The position numbers were made by a program, and so were the translations under genes. A stretch of DNA of 59,907 nucleotides, the filler included, from Circinaria calcarea (taxonomy: Eukaryota): assembly GCA_051942165.1 (NCBI GenBank). It is 9 parts of 9 records of this genome, joined end to end, with 100 filler letters (N's around TTAATTAATTAA, not from the genome) between each part and the next. Parts side by side here need not be neighbours in the genome. Positions count along the whole stretch, not along the records: positions 26,708 to 33,273 come from JAVECS010001551.1; positions 33,374 to 39,939 come from JAVECS010001552.1; positions 40,040 to 46,601 come from JAVECS010001553.1; 6 more parts are not named here. One strand, given 5' to 3'. Position 1 is the first letter of the stretch, and every line of letters begins with the position of its first letter. Of the stretch, positions 26,608-40,393 are shown one piece after another. The notes beneath the pieces were generated by a model that was not told where the DNA came from, did not search any database, and was given only the letters and a program-made list of their open reading frames with translations.

Positions 26608-26707
26608 NNNNNNNNNNNNNNNNNNNNNNNNNNNNNNNNNNNNNNNNNNNNTTAATTAATTAANNNNNNNNNNNNNNNNNNNNNNNNNNNNNNNNNNNNN
26701 NNNNNNN
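26608..26707. other. Artificial contig spacer
   Basis: N44-TTAATTAATTAA-N44. Confidence 0.99.
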
Positions 26708-28226
26708 ACATGCCGCATTGTTCAAGGGACATACCTTTATTTTCTTGACCCCCTCCGCTAATTCGCCTTGTCTTCTTACATCCTCGGGTGAGAGCATACT
26801 ATTCTTGAATTCTTCCCCATCTGCATTGACAAGCTTTGCGGTTTTGTCCGCGTCATCACCCTCTTCCTCATCGCTCTCCATGGCGTTCTCGTAAGCCGAC
26901 ATTTTCTTCGACGAGTATGATTTATTGGGACGTGCATCAGTGTCCCTAAACGTAGAAAAGCCTAGGGCGCCACCGGGTTTGAGGGGCTTCAGGTTTTCTA
27001 TGGTGTTTTGAATGGACTTCCGTTTCGCGGTTGACGAGGTTGCTTTATCCGTAGATTTGGGTGGTTTGAGAATGCCCATTTTCTGAAGTTGCTCTACGAG
27101 CCGTCAGTTTTTAACTCTTTGACACCAAATGATCGAAGAACTTACTTTCTCCTCGATATAGAAAGGTAAAGACAGCATACGGCTTCTCAGGCCCATCAAT
27201 ACCCGTAACCGTCTGCGTACTGATTGATTTTGGATCCAACGACTTCGGCTTCGCAAAGCTTGTAGTGTGGTCAATTTCTGCTTCTCCGGCATCCCCATTC
27301 GACTTGTTGCCATTGGCAGTTGCCTTCGAATCCTCATCGTCATCATGCGCGTCGAATTGTGGAGAGTATTCTCCCTTTTTAATCTCTCCAGATGCCAACA
27401 CTCGGAAAAGGGCAACCTTGATCTGGCCTGTTGCTTCCGGTATAGGATCATCGTCTGAATCCGGGTCTGACGAAAACATCTCGTCTTCATCAGATAAAAT
27501 CTCCAAAGGCGATCGCTCGTCAGCTCCATAGCGAAGAACACCCTTATCGAGTCTTTCCCTTCCAGGCCAATGCAGTGCATCCGCATCATCGTCGCTTCCG
27601 ATGGCCTCCCTCTTCTTCCTTCGTTTCTTCTCCATCCTCTGCCGCCGGCGCTCTATTTGAGCTGCTGCGTCTTTCCCTTCCAGATCTAAGCCGTTCAACC
27701 ATCGCTCTAAACCGACCTCTCGGAAGAGAAACTCCCGCTCGGCGAGACCACCACCTTCGGCTTCCGGTACACTCACCCACCTTGAATTGACCCATGTCTC
27801 CTCGCCTCGCCTCAGCAACGTAGCTACCTCCTCTTTCTGGCGGCCATCAAAATAGATATAGGCTGCGATAGTCTCGTTGCTGGAGGCAGTCAGAGGCAGA
27901 TAAGGGCCGATCACGCTCGTATATCTGCCTCGGTCACCCGAAATTCCAGGTAGCCCACCCACAATCTGTGGTCGTGGATACGGGTCCTGTGGTGTCGGCT
28001 TTGGGGTTGAGTAGGGAACGTTTAGGCCAGGAGTGAGGAGCGTGATGGAGATGGCAAAGGTTGATTGCTCGAGCTTGTTCGTTACCGAAGATATCGGTAC
28101 CTTTGCTGGTGGTACTGGGATGTATGATGTAATCCGCGAGGCCCGTCCTTGTTTTTGGATGGAGTACTCTGGAAGCGGTCCATCAGAGGTGTGTATGCTA
28201 ACAGCCAAACCCTTGAAACATGGCAT
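26708..28226 (-). CDS. Fungal hypothetical protein (3'-partial, at least 2 introns)
   Basis: MPCFKGLAVSIHTSDGPLPEYS..., IAAYIYFDGR, EREFLFREVGLE, GQIKVALFRV and FTFLYRGE, spliced to RQLQKMGIL. Confidence 0.8.
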
Positions 28227-29487
28227 GTTGAAATGGTGGTCGAGGTAGGGAGCCGCTGTGGGATTAAAAACCAAGTTAGCTACCCACTCGGTGTCACCCA
28301 GCACAAGGCACAAAAGTTAGTGAACGGTAGGTTGCGTTTGACGTGGGGCAGATCTCATGAAATGTTCTCAGCGTTATGGTTCTGACTGAAGACACGTACC
28401 TTCCAGCGTATGGCAGGTTATATCTATTTACTCGGCTTTCCAGAATCGGCAGCTCGTCCTTTGTTATACAACGTAAATGGGCAATCCCAAATGGGGCATG
28501 TCATATGAGAGAACGACGCGGGAGTATTTCAGAAGAGACCTCTGTTCTGCCGTCCGTAGAGCCCAAAAGAGCAAGAGTCATCAGTCACAGCCACGCGATG
28601 GTGTGTTGAAGGTGAAGCATGACAATTGTGGTCGGATGGAGCTTAAGCTGCTTTGGATCTACAAGCCTCACGAGCCACGCCTTACAAGCGAAACTCCTTA
28701 TTAACAGCGCGACAGGGGATCTACGCTTCAGCCTTATCGCCTGTTAGCCAAATCTTACGGTCAGGAGCTGGACACCGAAAGGGGCGACCATGAATCTATT
28801 ATTTCTTAGCCCCGCTACTACTTTGGAACTGACAAACAAAAACTTCAAGCTTCGGATAGACAAGTCCCAGAGGTGGCGAGATGCCCAGCTTATAAGGTTT
28901 GAGTGCAGACGTGTATGGATCGCGCCCTTTGCGTTCAACGACGATAAGGAAGCAGAGGGGGAGGGGGGAGGCTGATATGATGGACTGAGTAAAGGGTGCC
29001 GTGAGATGGGATCCATCTACGACTAACAGGTAGATTTGAAGGAGCAACTGAATTAGGCCGCGCATAGAATTCTTTAATTGACTAAATGGATGAGAAACAA
29101 CTAGTCATCCATAACAATGATGACAAAGGCGAACCCAAACCCCATCAGCTTCGTTGAGTAAGATCACTCAGAAGGCCTTAACCTAACCGATCCATGTCCT
29201 TGGTAATGAATGATATAGGTAGATAACAAATATTTGCCTAACCGGCCTGATCTAGCAACCCAGATCAACCCTAAGATATCCTAGTTTACCCATCCATCAT
29301 GAATCCAATAGCTAATGATTTTCAGCCTCCTAGATCCTGCCAGGAAGATAGCAATAAACAACCCTATTTCATAATCCTTTCAAACACCACGCTGACCGTG
29401 CTATGTGCCAAAAACCCGTAACGACCAATGCACAACCCGAGAATCCATACATAAAAGAAGGGAAGCCTATCTCATAAGACAGATCAT

Positions 29488-31843
29488 TCAAGAACTCAAC
29501 CACTCACAATGACAAGCTCCGCTGTCCCTTCTCCTTTTCTCACCTCTGTTACTGTCCTCGAACCAACGCCTTCGCCTCCTACTGCCACTATTGCTTCCCG
29601 TGTACGCAATTTCGGGCTCGTCCTCGGTAAGATGAACGATGACTGGGTCTCCATTTTCATTCGGAACTTGACCCAGAAGACCGTTATCAAGCACCTGCAT
29701 CATCTGGCAGTACGGGCTTACAGGGTTCTCCAAGAGCCGCCGCTCTTCGATCTTGACAAGTTTTGGGTAGGGAGATGGATGACTTGTAGGTTGGGAGGCT
29801 GCTCGCTTGGCATACCCAGACGTCGGTGTAGGAGAGGGGTACCCTGGATTGTATGCGTCGGTAGCAAACGAAGGCGTTGGAACTGAGACGGATGTTTCGG
29901 TAGGTACCAGAGCGGACGAAGGGTCTGCATTCGGGTCGGGGAAGGACCCTACAGATGGTGCAGGAGATTCTAATAGCGAACTAACGATCGCGGATGCGTT
30001 CGGCCATTCGATGGTGGAGTCGACTTTGACATAAATGAATCCTTCCAGAATTGTATTATTCCAGAAACAAAACCAAGGCTTATCACCACGCAAAACAGGG
30101 CGATATCGACGTCCATAAGGTGCTTGTCGCTCCTCGACCCGTACAGACGTAATTTCCTCGTCCAGGCTTCGTTTTGAAGGGCTAGCGGAGAGTTGGCTCC
30201 CTTTGAGGATGACGATCTTGTCATAAGCTTGTTGAAAGAAGTAAGCTGGTCCTCTGCCTGGGTCATCCGTATCACTCATAAGTGAGACACTGCTGAGACT
30301 GTTGAGCTGAGGAGGCTGAGGGCCGTAACGAAGAGGAGCATTAGGAGAGAAGCCTGAAGTTAAGTTGACCAGGGTAGGGCCATAATCTGAAGGGATAATG
30401 TCCAATCCCAGATATGATCTTGAAGAGCAGCCCCATGCATTTTCTTGGTCAGCTTCTGTCAAGCATGAGCTCGATGAAATGACCAGATTGCCCAGCGGAA
30501 CACCGAAAGAGCCAACGGGTAACTTTGGGAGATCAGGAGGAATGGATGCCAAAGGTGAAGCGTCCACAAGCGTAGCTGTAACGGTTGCAAAAACGGTCGA
30601 TGCACTAGATTAAAATCTTAGCGACGAAACCTGTAAGACTGCTGACGACTTACGGTACAGCGGTTAGTGACTCAAGATCCGGATCAGGTAGCGAAGAACT
30701 GGTTGAATTCTTTGCGTGTCTGCGGCCGACGGAACGTCCGATCACACCTCCCAAAACTGCTCCGAGTGTGACCAAAAGGACCACTATCAAAATGATACTC
30801 CATACGGGTAATCTACCGTGACACAACCTCCGTTTACCCTTCCGTGACCATTTTTCCCTAATGCTGCCATGAAGTTCGTCCACTTGCTCACGAACCGCCT
30901 CATCAGGGCCGTCAGCCTGAACAGTTCTGTCTCTAGGCGTGAGAAGATCAACTGTAGACGTGTTGGAACGGCCGACATGGATGGTACGGGGGAGATTTGC
31001 ATTGTCAACAACAGGGCTAGGTGCAGGGCTTTGTGCTTTGGGGGAGATCTCATCCGGGTATTGGGTGTATGGGGGAAGCTGCTCAGTATGTCCATCAGGG
31101 CCAACAATATCATCCGCGTCCTCCCCGTCTGGTCCGAGTCTGCGACGGTAATGCTGACCGAGGCCGGGAAATCCAACGGGAATTTGTGGTGTCGTCTCTT
31201 CGAGTGGACTGACCTCGCCCTCAGGTACCGTACCTTGAAGATACATGCCGTAAGGATGTGTTGGGCCGTTCGACCCAAAATACGGCCGCTCTGGAATGCG
31301 GATGGTGGAGTTGGTAGTGACACTTGATGAGCGAGCAATATGCTGCGGATACATAGCATACGGATGGCTCGGACCTGTCGCACCCTGGTATGGACTCTGT
31401 GCTCGAAGTACTGTTGGGGTCGAGATGGTACTCATTGGTCTCGGACCATAAGCTGCCGCATCTGATGTGTCGGATGTAGATGCCACACTCGGTGTTCGCC
31501 GGGGTAATCGTGAACTCGGTGCATCATATCGCAACGCGAAAGAATTCACCCTGCCGAAGGTCTGTGGGCCTTCATTCCGTCTGGGGCTATCTTTTGTTCT
31601 GTCTGGCTTCGGTTGATTTCCTGCTGATGTTCGTCGATGGATGCGAGGGGATGGTGAGCGAGGCCGGGGGATGTCATCATGGTTTGAGCCTGGAGGTCGA
31701 AAACCGTCGGCAACCCCGAGCGGTTCCAAAGCAAAATCGTCGCTGAATATGTCGGGGTTCGAGTATCGCAATGAGATTGGCCTTTCAACAGAATGCCGCG
31801 AAGATGATGCTGATGGCTGTCGTTGCGGGATCTGCCCGGCCAT
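29488..31843 (-). CDS. Single-pass membrane hypothetical protein with a PPxY-containing N-terminus and a Cys-containing C-terminal domain (1 intron ~30655-30608)
   Basis: Two long ORFs joined across a short intron; DIVGPDGHTEQLPPYTQYP, TM helix WSIILIVVLLVTLGAVLGGVIG, then GRGPAYFFQQAYDKIVIL, GDKPWFCFWNNTILEGFIY and a terminal CHCEW. Confidence 0.8.
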
Positions 31844-32561
31844 AGCTGGTCAAATTGATTGTGCGCCGCAGCAACCACTGCCTTCCACCGAGATACCTGT
31901 TCAGATCTCGATCACTGATTGTGTCAAGTAACGGTGAGTGCAACGCCCCGAAGGTTCCTAGAACGCTGCGGATCGTTAGGAGCGGTTGACGATGGAGGTA
32001 GGCTGCGAGAGAGAACAGGATTCTCTCGATTAAGCCCCGGGCGGCACAGTTGAACTTAGGCTATTCTTGTTCTTAGCCTTGGATTCGGCGACTGCTTGTT
32101 ACAGGCTAGTGCAACCCTACGGGAGACCGAGCTGGCAAACTGGCAACGACCCATTGATCGTTCCAGTCTCCCGGGCAAAACATAGTAATATGTAAAATTG
32201 CGGTCACAAAACCTCCAATGGCATACTAGTCCCCTTGGGAATACCAGAGTTGTTTTAACAGTCTTTAGTAGACCTCTCGGAAGCAAATTCAATAGGTTCG
32301 AAATTAGCTGTCCGAAGTATTATCTCCAGCACCACGCTTCCATAAAGCGTGGTCAAGTTCTAATTACATCTACAAGCTGATGGCGATGTTCTTAGATCCA
32401 CATGTACGACGTTCTAGCCCTCTAACGCATCAACAACTTTCTTCCCGGGGAGACCTCCGTCTGCCGAGCGCCAGAGAGAAATGCAACATGCTTCCTGTTA
32501 CACGAAGAACGAAAGTCTTGATCGGCCGCTCGTGTCTGGCAATGCCCAGTAATCCCTTTCC

Positions 32562-33273
32562 TTATGCCTTTATCTCGTACTTGCGTTTAAACATGTCGTC
32601 GACCTCGGTAAGATAGTACGTCCCTTTCGTAATCGTTTCCGAATCGCCTTTCGGTATATAGTTCTTCTGCAGATGAGCCTTCTCCCGGAGAGTACACATC
32701 TAGATTTAAGAGTGAGCATTTCTCGGTTTCGGGTACAAACGATTGAAAATCTACCTCGTCGTACACCTCTGGCGGGACCGTCCGCCGTGCTTCCAGTCTT
32801 TGATGTAGATCAATCTTGTCAACCATACTGCTCACATCTCCCTTGATTTGTAAGCTGAACAACGAACTAGCCAGTCCGCTTCCATAACTAAATATGCCCA
32901 CTCTTTTCCCTTGGAGATGGCTGTTGTTTACGTTGCTCAGCAAGCTCACCAGGGAACCGTAAACGCTGGCGCAATACATGTTACCGCACATCGTAGGCAC
33001 CTGAATACCAGGCTGCACCCTTGCTTGAAAATTCTTCTTGCTGAGTCCAATGAAGGTTTTCTCGACCGTCTTGTTGCCAAGCGACTTCTCGTAGCTCATA
33101 TCGCGCAGCTCACTTGGTACGGATTCAAAAGTCGGATGAGAAGGAGACCAAACATAATCGTTGTAGAGCATCCGCGCGTAGGATTTGGACACAAGCTTAC
33201 ACGTGGGAGCATGGAAAACCATATAGTCGAACTTATCCAGGGGTGTGCGAGAATCTGATGAGGCGTGGTCGCC
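32562..33273 (-). CDS. ERG13: Hydroxymethylglutaryl-CoA synthase, C-terminal part (5'-partial)
   Basis: [35 protein letters not shown] and [13 protein letters not shown]. The last exon ends [20 protein letters not shown]. Confidence 0.96.
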
Positions 33274-33373
33274 NNNNNNNNNNNNNNNNNNNNNNNNNNN
33301 NNNNNNNNNNNNNNNNNTTAATTAATTAANNNNNNNNNNNNNNNNNNNNNNNNNNNNNNNNNNNNNNNNNNNN
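33274..33373. other. Artificial contig spacer
   Basis: N44-TTAATTAATTAA-N44. Confidence 0.99.
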
Positions 33374-36300
33374 AAGGCATCCATGAAGCAGGGTGTTCAG
33401 TAGATAACCATTTTGCCAGGCTTTCAAAATCGGCCAATGACCTCCGACAGGTTGTGACTGCAATCATTCCATTTCCACTTCGAGCGGCGGATTTGATAAT
33501 CAATCGAATTGTGCCATCCTCTACGAAGAATGACCTGACCACAGCGGTAACTCGACCATCAGGCGAAGGAGGATTGGACACGAGCACCATGTCGTCAATG
33601 CGGTTACGCACATCATCATCCTTGGCCAGTTCCACCGCGGTCATTCCACGATGTTCCTTGGCGTATATATCTACCCTCTTGTCCAAAAACATAGCTCGGA
33701 TCAAGTCGAAACGTCCAAATTTACTTGCCACCATTAAAGGTGTGAACAGCTTGCTGTTAGGGGCATTGGGATCTGCGTCGCAGTATTGAAGAATCCTCAG
33801 GGCTAGGTAGGGATCGCTGACGACATGGAGGAGCGTGTTACCTTTGGCATCGACGTGATTTTCCAAATGGAGACAGTCGTCATCGCCTTGTTCGTCCATG
33901 GCAACTTGCAATGCAGCATTGACCATTTCCAAGTACGTGGGATGATCATAAGACCGACATAGAGCCAAGAGCGGTGTCTGACCATTCTTGTCTTTTAGTC
34001 TCCATGGAACAAGAGTGCCAAGTCTCCCAATCAGGTCCGGTACATTGAAGAGATAATGAGCCATTGATCGGCCACGCTTGTCTTGTTTCGAAAGGTACTT
34101 TCGTATTTGGCCCACGTCACGGATCTGAAAAAGGTACTCAACCATGATATCAACAAGTTGTGTATGGGCTAATTGAACAGCTGCGCTCAGCAGTGTAGTG
34201 CCCTCGGCGTTGCAGTCTCCGAGAACGACATACGGGGGATAGTACTCTTCTAAAGATAAGAGATATCCGAGGGCCTCTGGTTGTCGGCTCTCCACGGCCA
34301 TCATAAGTACAGAGTCTCCAGCAGAGTCCTCCGTTTGGCAAAGCTTCTCAATTGACGTATCACCCACAAATACACTCACCCTGGAATCCGAAGTCGTACT
34401 TCGAGATGCGAAAGAGAACTCGGAAGAATTTGATAAGCTCCGTAAATCCATTGATACGCGCTTTGGCAGGCGTGTCCTAGTGGGTGGGAGTCCCTTCTCT
34501 AAAGAAGCTTGAAATGGGAAGACGTGAGCCAAATTGGAGTTGTCAAAGCCATCTTCCACTTCGGTACTAGCCTCAGACAAATGTTCATACTGAGAATGAC
34601 CGTTTACTGAAGTAGAATTTGCATGGTTCTGGTCTGCCTGCTCCTCATCATAAATAGCATCCTCTGAAGGAGATGTCTCAGAATCGGACGAGGGGATCTG
34701 GTCTGGCTCTAGGATTGCCCTCATTTCCGACAAATTCCCCTTCTTGGTTGCTTGCCACAAGCGTTTGTTCCTTCGACTTGCCGTCCTCAAACCGCCAGAG
34801 TCTGAAGCGAGGTAAGATAAGACCGCCTCGAAGGTACTTAGAGCGTAGCCTATCTCGCCTCCTTCCACATCTTCAATGAAGATGAAGCTTCGCATGTAGG
34901 CTAGACGGGCTTGCAGATGGCGGACTTGCGACCTAATCACCACGACTAAGAGTAATGAGACTAGCGTATCCGCATTCATGGTCAACATTGACGTTGGTTT
35001 CTCTGAGATGGCACCTCCTTTATCGTCGATGTCGCCCTTGCTAGCCATCGTGATAGTTTTCTGAGTTGCAAGTAAGATCTCTATCATCTCTTGCGGACTT
35101 CCAGCAACCCCAAGTTTCTTGAATTCCTCGACCCCTCTGCTCAATCGATCTGTGAGCTCATGTTTACCAGCGCGACCGCCCTCTATTTCAATGCCAACTT
35201 GAGCAATATCAATGTTGATCATGTGATGAATGCACGACTCCAATTCGAGATCTTCTAACTTGCGAAGGTTACAGATCCTTGGGAAGAGGACGGAGTCATG
35301 AACTTGCTCTGTCACGTAGCGCTCAATCAATCGTTCCACAAGTGGCCCCGTAAGGTCTGTTGTTGCGCCCAATAATGAAAGCTGTTGTTTATCAACGAGT
35401 TGGAAGAGGTCAATGGCGGACGTCACAGCGGTCTCAAGGGTTCTTCTCATGTGGTCCTCTTCATCATCTATGCGTGTTGTGGCAGAGGGCAGTTGCTGTG
35501 CATGGCTATTTGAGTACCTGCTGTGGATGGATCCGTTACCGCCAGAATGAGAAGACGCGATAGAGGCCCGCCTTGGAGGAGCTGGGAAAGACTTTGCATG
35601 TGGTGATGGTAGTGGCTTGCTAATGTCCAGGTTGAGAACTTTAAAGATCCGTTCCAGGCCCGACTGCAGCTGCCTTGCAATCATCGGAAAATTATTAAGA
35701 AGATCGTTGAAAGACTTGATATCCTTTTTGTCAGGACTGTCTCCGGGAAAGGCACTGCTTGATCCTGTAGAGGCAGAGGCAAAATGAGGTTCGGGGGCCG
35801 CTTTAATACCGGCATACAGCTGTGGTAGGATTGCGGGTGTGATCTTGATGGGCTCGGTAGTACCAACCAATGGTGTTGAAATATAGTATAGTAGCCACTG
35901 TTGCGCCTCCAATCCATCGTGATAGTACAAAGAATCCGTGAGTAGTTGCGCCTGGTTTAGATTCCTAAACCCTGCGGTTCGGTCAATTTTTCAATTATTA
36001 CTGTAATGCGAGATCACTTCAGCATACCTTTATTGCTATACACGAAAGATTCTTTTATTACCACAGTCCGCCCATTCACCGTGGCAAATTGCTTTGCCTT
36101 TCCCCGGGCGTCCCGCCCACTTCCCAGTTCCTTGACACCCCCAGACACCGGCGATTCAGGTATCCGGAGGACATGGCTGCCTAGGAACTCTTCTGTACCG
36201 ACTATTTCTGTCAAAGGGCTGTTTGTCTCGCGGTCTCGAGAGGTGAGGAGGACGTCGGTCGTAGGTACAAGTAGGATCTAGGATCCGAGAATTAGTACTT

Positions 36301-36430
36301 CTCGCCAGGGAGTTCTATCTTGGGTGTGATCGCAAAGAGACAATGTACTCACGTATTGGCTCGCGGGATTGCATTGGGAGGGAAGGGGGCTCCTAAAAAA
36401 GGCTCGTAGGAATGGGTTTAGGGAGTGCAT
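33374..36430 (-). CDS. VPS9 (Rab GEF) + ankyrin repeat + PX domain protein, VARP/Vrl1-like (3'-partial, 2 introns)
   Basis: Spliced N-terminus MHSLNPFLRAFFRS; VPS9 motif MNADTLVSLLLVVVIRS...GEIGYALSTFEAVL; ankyrin-type GQTPLLALC, GNTLLH and TPLMVASKFG; start of a PX-like domain TTCRRSLADF. Confidence 0.88.
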
Positions 36431-37284
36431 TCATTCAGCATGAGGTATAAAGGACAAAATCGGAGTGATGAATACGACGCAATCTATATCCCAACAACGA
36501 TGAAGTGGCAATTTCTGGAAGATAGGGAGAGTGAGACCCTCAATGGGGGTAGTAGTTTGCGCTTTGAGGTAGTCGATAAGGAACGGTCATGGTATGTTGA
36601 TGCAGTCCTACGCTACCGGAGGTATCTAGGGAATCGATGTGATTATGGGCGACGAGAGCGTACGTAGTGGGCCCCTCACATTGAGCGAAAGGTTGGTGGT
36701 GTTGCAAAAGGGCAAACTCGTAGAAGCTTGTGATACGACGCAGTACAGTAGGTACGTGATACAGACACGAGATCCCTGCTACTGCTCATGCGCATAATCG
36801 AATGGACAGAGAATAGTCCGGTCCGATATGGTAGGGCTAGTAAGCACCAAGCAGCTAAAGCCGGGTCGGTCCGCCGACTAGCTTACAAAATGTCCTAACC
36901 CTAGATCCAACGGCAAGTAGGCAGGACAGACCCGTTGATAGTGTTAACTCCTAGACATATCAGAAGGTCCACTGTTGGGGAGCATCCATCTCCGCTTTGG
37001 GAAGCTAGATATGCTAACATCGGTGCGACTCAATGTGTGGTCACGGTTCTACCTGTATGTAGCGCAGTAAGTCAGACTCGAAGTGGGCAATCGTCTGACT
37101 GAGCGAAAACCACAGTAGGCAACAGCTATGTATTGTATAAAAGTCACTATATAAGACACCAGGTTCTACTTCGGGTTAATCACTCCTCTTTATATCCAGC
37201 GCAGGGTTTTCAATTTCTCATTAACCTCTAGCTTTAACTGTTTCTACCCGAGCTTCTCTCTTCTACTAGGCAATTGTTTTCAAA

Positions 37285-38897
37285 ATGTCCCCCCTTTCTC
37301 ATTCGGATTCTCTCCTCTACCCGTTCCACCAGCCCAACCACCACACCCTCTCTATCCTCGACGCACTGCTCCTCAACTTCGCTCTATCCTGCGCAGTTTG
37401 GGTTCTACCATGCTCCCGTTCCAACAGCACAACCCAACCCCTTGCTCCCGCCCACCTAAGTGCTTCCCTCCCCCAGACCCTCTCCGTTACCCCCAATGGA
37501 CCGGCCATTTGCATTTCGCTCCCTACACTACTAAGGTAGGCCGCCATAGCGACCACTCACCGCTTTCACCGACTACAGATAACTTATAGCACGTATTTAG
37601 ATCCTGGAGTAAAACTAGTCATCGCGGATTGCTCTTAGTCCCTGGCCTCGATCGTACCGAGTACAGCCGGCCGGAAGGGAGGAGATGGGATCTGGGATAG
37701 TTCTGCTCTTCCGAAATCATGAACTTTTCTAATCAACGGGATTTGCTGTACCCGAGAAGCCAGAAGCATCTACTTTACCGTTTATGATTGTCTAACTGAC
37801 AACTTTCTCTCGCGGAAGCGCGGCAGTAACAGTGACGCTGATGCATTCTGTCGCAGATGCGCAGGCGCTGGCTCTGTTCATCCACGGTTGGGCACTTACG
37901 CACACTGCTATGCTAGGCAGTACTCCTCTGCCTGTATTGGAGCCAGTTTTTGATCGGCAGATCTTAGATCGGGCAGCAGCAGGTGACATTCTCACCGCAG
38001 AACCTGACCTTGAACTTGTGAAAAATGCTCGAGGTTTGCCTATGGAACGGTATGACTATTGGGCTTCTGCAGACGGGGCTCCTGACTGGACTCTCAAATT
38101 CGTAACTGTCCCTTCTGATATATGTGATGCTGGGGTGAACGTCGCTCCAGTTGGAACGGCAATTCCATGGCATGAATGGAACATGTCGGCCAGCAATGCT
38201 CATTACGTGCTTCAATTCAGCAAGCAAGAGGTAGATGGGATGTGGAAAGAAGCATCCCTCGAATCTCCCTCGTCCAGTCTCCACTGGTATCAGCCGCCTA
38301 GATACGACATTATCATCCGTGTGGTCTCTAAACAATCGCCCTCGTTGCCTGATAAACAATAATAGCTAAGTCCATATGAACATATCTTTTGGCGTCAGAA
38401 GTCGACTTTCGCCGCCCTTCCCGGAGAAAATTGTCGGCTCACCACTGTTAAACTGTGATATTGCAAGTACCAGCGTCGAGGCCGCCATGAAATCTATTGC
38501 CCTAACGGCAAGAAGAATCCGATTTAACCGTGGCCCAATTTGATTCGACAGCACTATCTGTCGTCTTGCACGATATGACATACGAAATCAGTCCCCAGCG
38601 CATCTGGCAGGCTTCTCTCGGAGGATGGCATGCCATCGTAACGTCTTGGGTTCATCAGCACGTGTACGAGGTAGACTTTGGAACTGTCGTGCCTCCGCGG
38701 TACGTGGGATTGGTCATGCCTGCCCGAGGTGGACTTTTGCAAGTGACCCGGGGGGAGGGGGGGATGCGCCAAAGAATGGGAGAGCAGATGGTGCTAGATA
38801 CTAGGTTGCAGCTGGTGTTGATTTCTCTGTATATCTTGAGAAAAAGGCAATGAATTGACTGGTAAAGGATCCAATACTGAGGAAGTATAGGAAGTGA
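37285..38897 (+). pseudogene. Decayed CoA-dependent acyltransferase (HXXXD/DFG transferase family)
   Basis: LSILDA, YPQWTGHL, MHSVADAQAL (HXXXD), YEVDFG and the C-terminal GVDFSVYLE..AMN*LVKDPILRKY are spread over several frames, with internal stops (e.g. TAATAG ~38360, TGA ~38541). Confidence 0.75.
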
Positions 38898-39939
38898 TAT
38901 GTGGGGTCGATAGTGCTACTAAAACCCAGAGACACAGAGGCACCAGTATTAGATCTCATCCCATACTCTCCAGTCAAATAAGACTACCCTGGCGATGCTT
39001 GGTAGAATATTGTAGGGAAACAATGAATCCGTTGAGTTATTAGTGATTATCGTACATGCGTCTCTCGGCGTGACTTGGACTTTTCCCTGTTGATGTGAGA
39101 GAAAACAGAAGTTGAGCCAAACAATGGGGAGCAAATCTTCCAATGAAAGGGTGGGCAACAGGAGCTAAGAGGTCACGTTCTAGTGGCTCATGGTAATAGG
39201 AAATACTAAGTGGGATCTTGTGGGAACAGAATAGTGGAGCATGTCATATCTTCTTTTCTCGAAAGCCCCTTGTAATGTCACTAGCTAAAATTGAGCAATG
39301 TTGAATTGCAGCACAAAAGACGGGATTGGACGAAGTCAAGCAAAGCCCGCCACTCAGTTCCCACCGAGGCCCAGTGTACACGTGTGATCCCACTCACACG
39401 GAGCTCCTCCCGTTGTTGATATTGGGACAGACCGTACAACACGGGTATTGAGCACTCGGGTACCCTTTATGAGAGGTAATCAGCAAGTTTACTTGATGGG
39501 AGAATGGGATGCCAACTCACAGCCACATTTCGAGCATACTTTGCACTTTCTATTAACGCAATCGAAGGCAGTTCCAATTCCGTCCAGGCAGTCAATCGAG
39601 GACCCGCAACTGGCTGAAGCATTGTCAGGTGATGTGCCGTAATGTTCAACGTGATGAAATGCAACCTACCACCTTCGCCCCCACGCATCAGGGACGGGAC
39701 GTCGTTCACAGTAACATCAACCCTGCCTCATCTCAGGGTGTGCGGTTGTAGCATCATTGACAGGTTCAACGCCACGCTGGCCATCAATCGAAAAATCAAA
39801 TTGGAGATGCAGCTCAGAAGGGTGCTGCACTCGCTGCCGCGATAAATAAGAATAAATTCAAGACTTTCATGATTCCGGTGCGTGCTTCCTTGCGTCAAGC
39901 TGCCAAAGTCGGTCTACAAGAGTTTTGTTGGAGTAAAAG

Positions 39940-40039
39940 NNNNNNNNNNNNNNNNNNNNNNNNNNNNNNNNNNNNNNNNNNNNTTAATTAATTAANNNNN
40001 NNNNNNNNNNNNNNNNNNNNNNNNNNNNNNNNNNNNNNN
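39940..40039. other. Artificial contig spacer
   Basis: N44-TTAATTAATTAA-N44. Confidence 0.99.
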
Positions 40040-40317
40040 GAGGAGGAGGAGGAATAGGGGATGTATCTAACTTTAATAGCTTGGTGCAATTATGACTGCC
40101 AGCAGTGTTCCTTGTCAAGAAGAAGAACAAGGATCTACTTTCTGGCTCACTACTCGATTACGCAGAATCCCCCCCCCTCGTTTGCATCCACATCCAATCC
40201 AAATGTGGAATGGAAGGATGTTTCAAATAGACAAGAGCATACTTTTTCATTTTTCCTGGTTTCCAGTAAAGTTGAAACCTAGCCACGCACTCCCTCTGAA
40301 ACAGTATTCCGTAAATT

Positions 40318-40393
40318 TCTTCCCTCTTCCCTCTTCCCTCTTCCCTCTTCCCTCTTCCCTCTTCCCTCTTCCCTCTTCCCTCTTCCCTCTTCC
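40318..40393 (+). repeat. Heptanucleotide tandem repeat (TTCCCTC)n, about 10 copies
   Basis: Perfect tandem ttccctc units. Confidence 0.95.

Noticed and set aside
26708..39939. ERG13 near an acyltransferase and other enzymes as a possible terpenoid or secondary-metabolite cluster
   Set aside because: The genes lie on different contigs separated by artificial spacers, and no backbone synthase is present.
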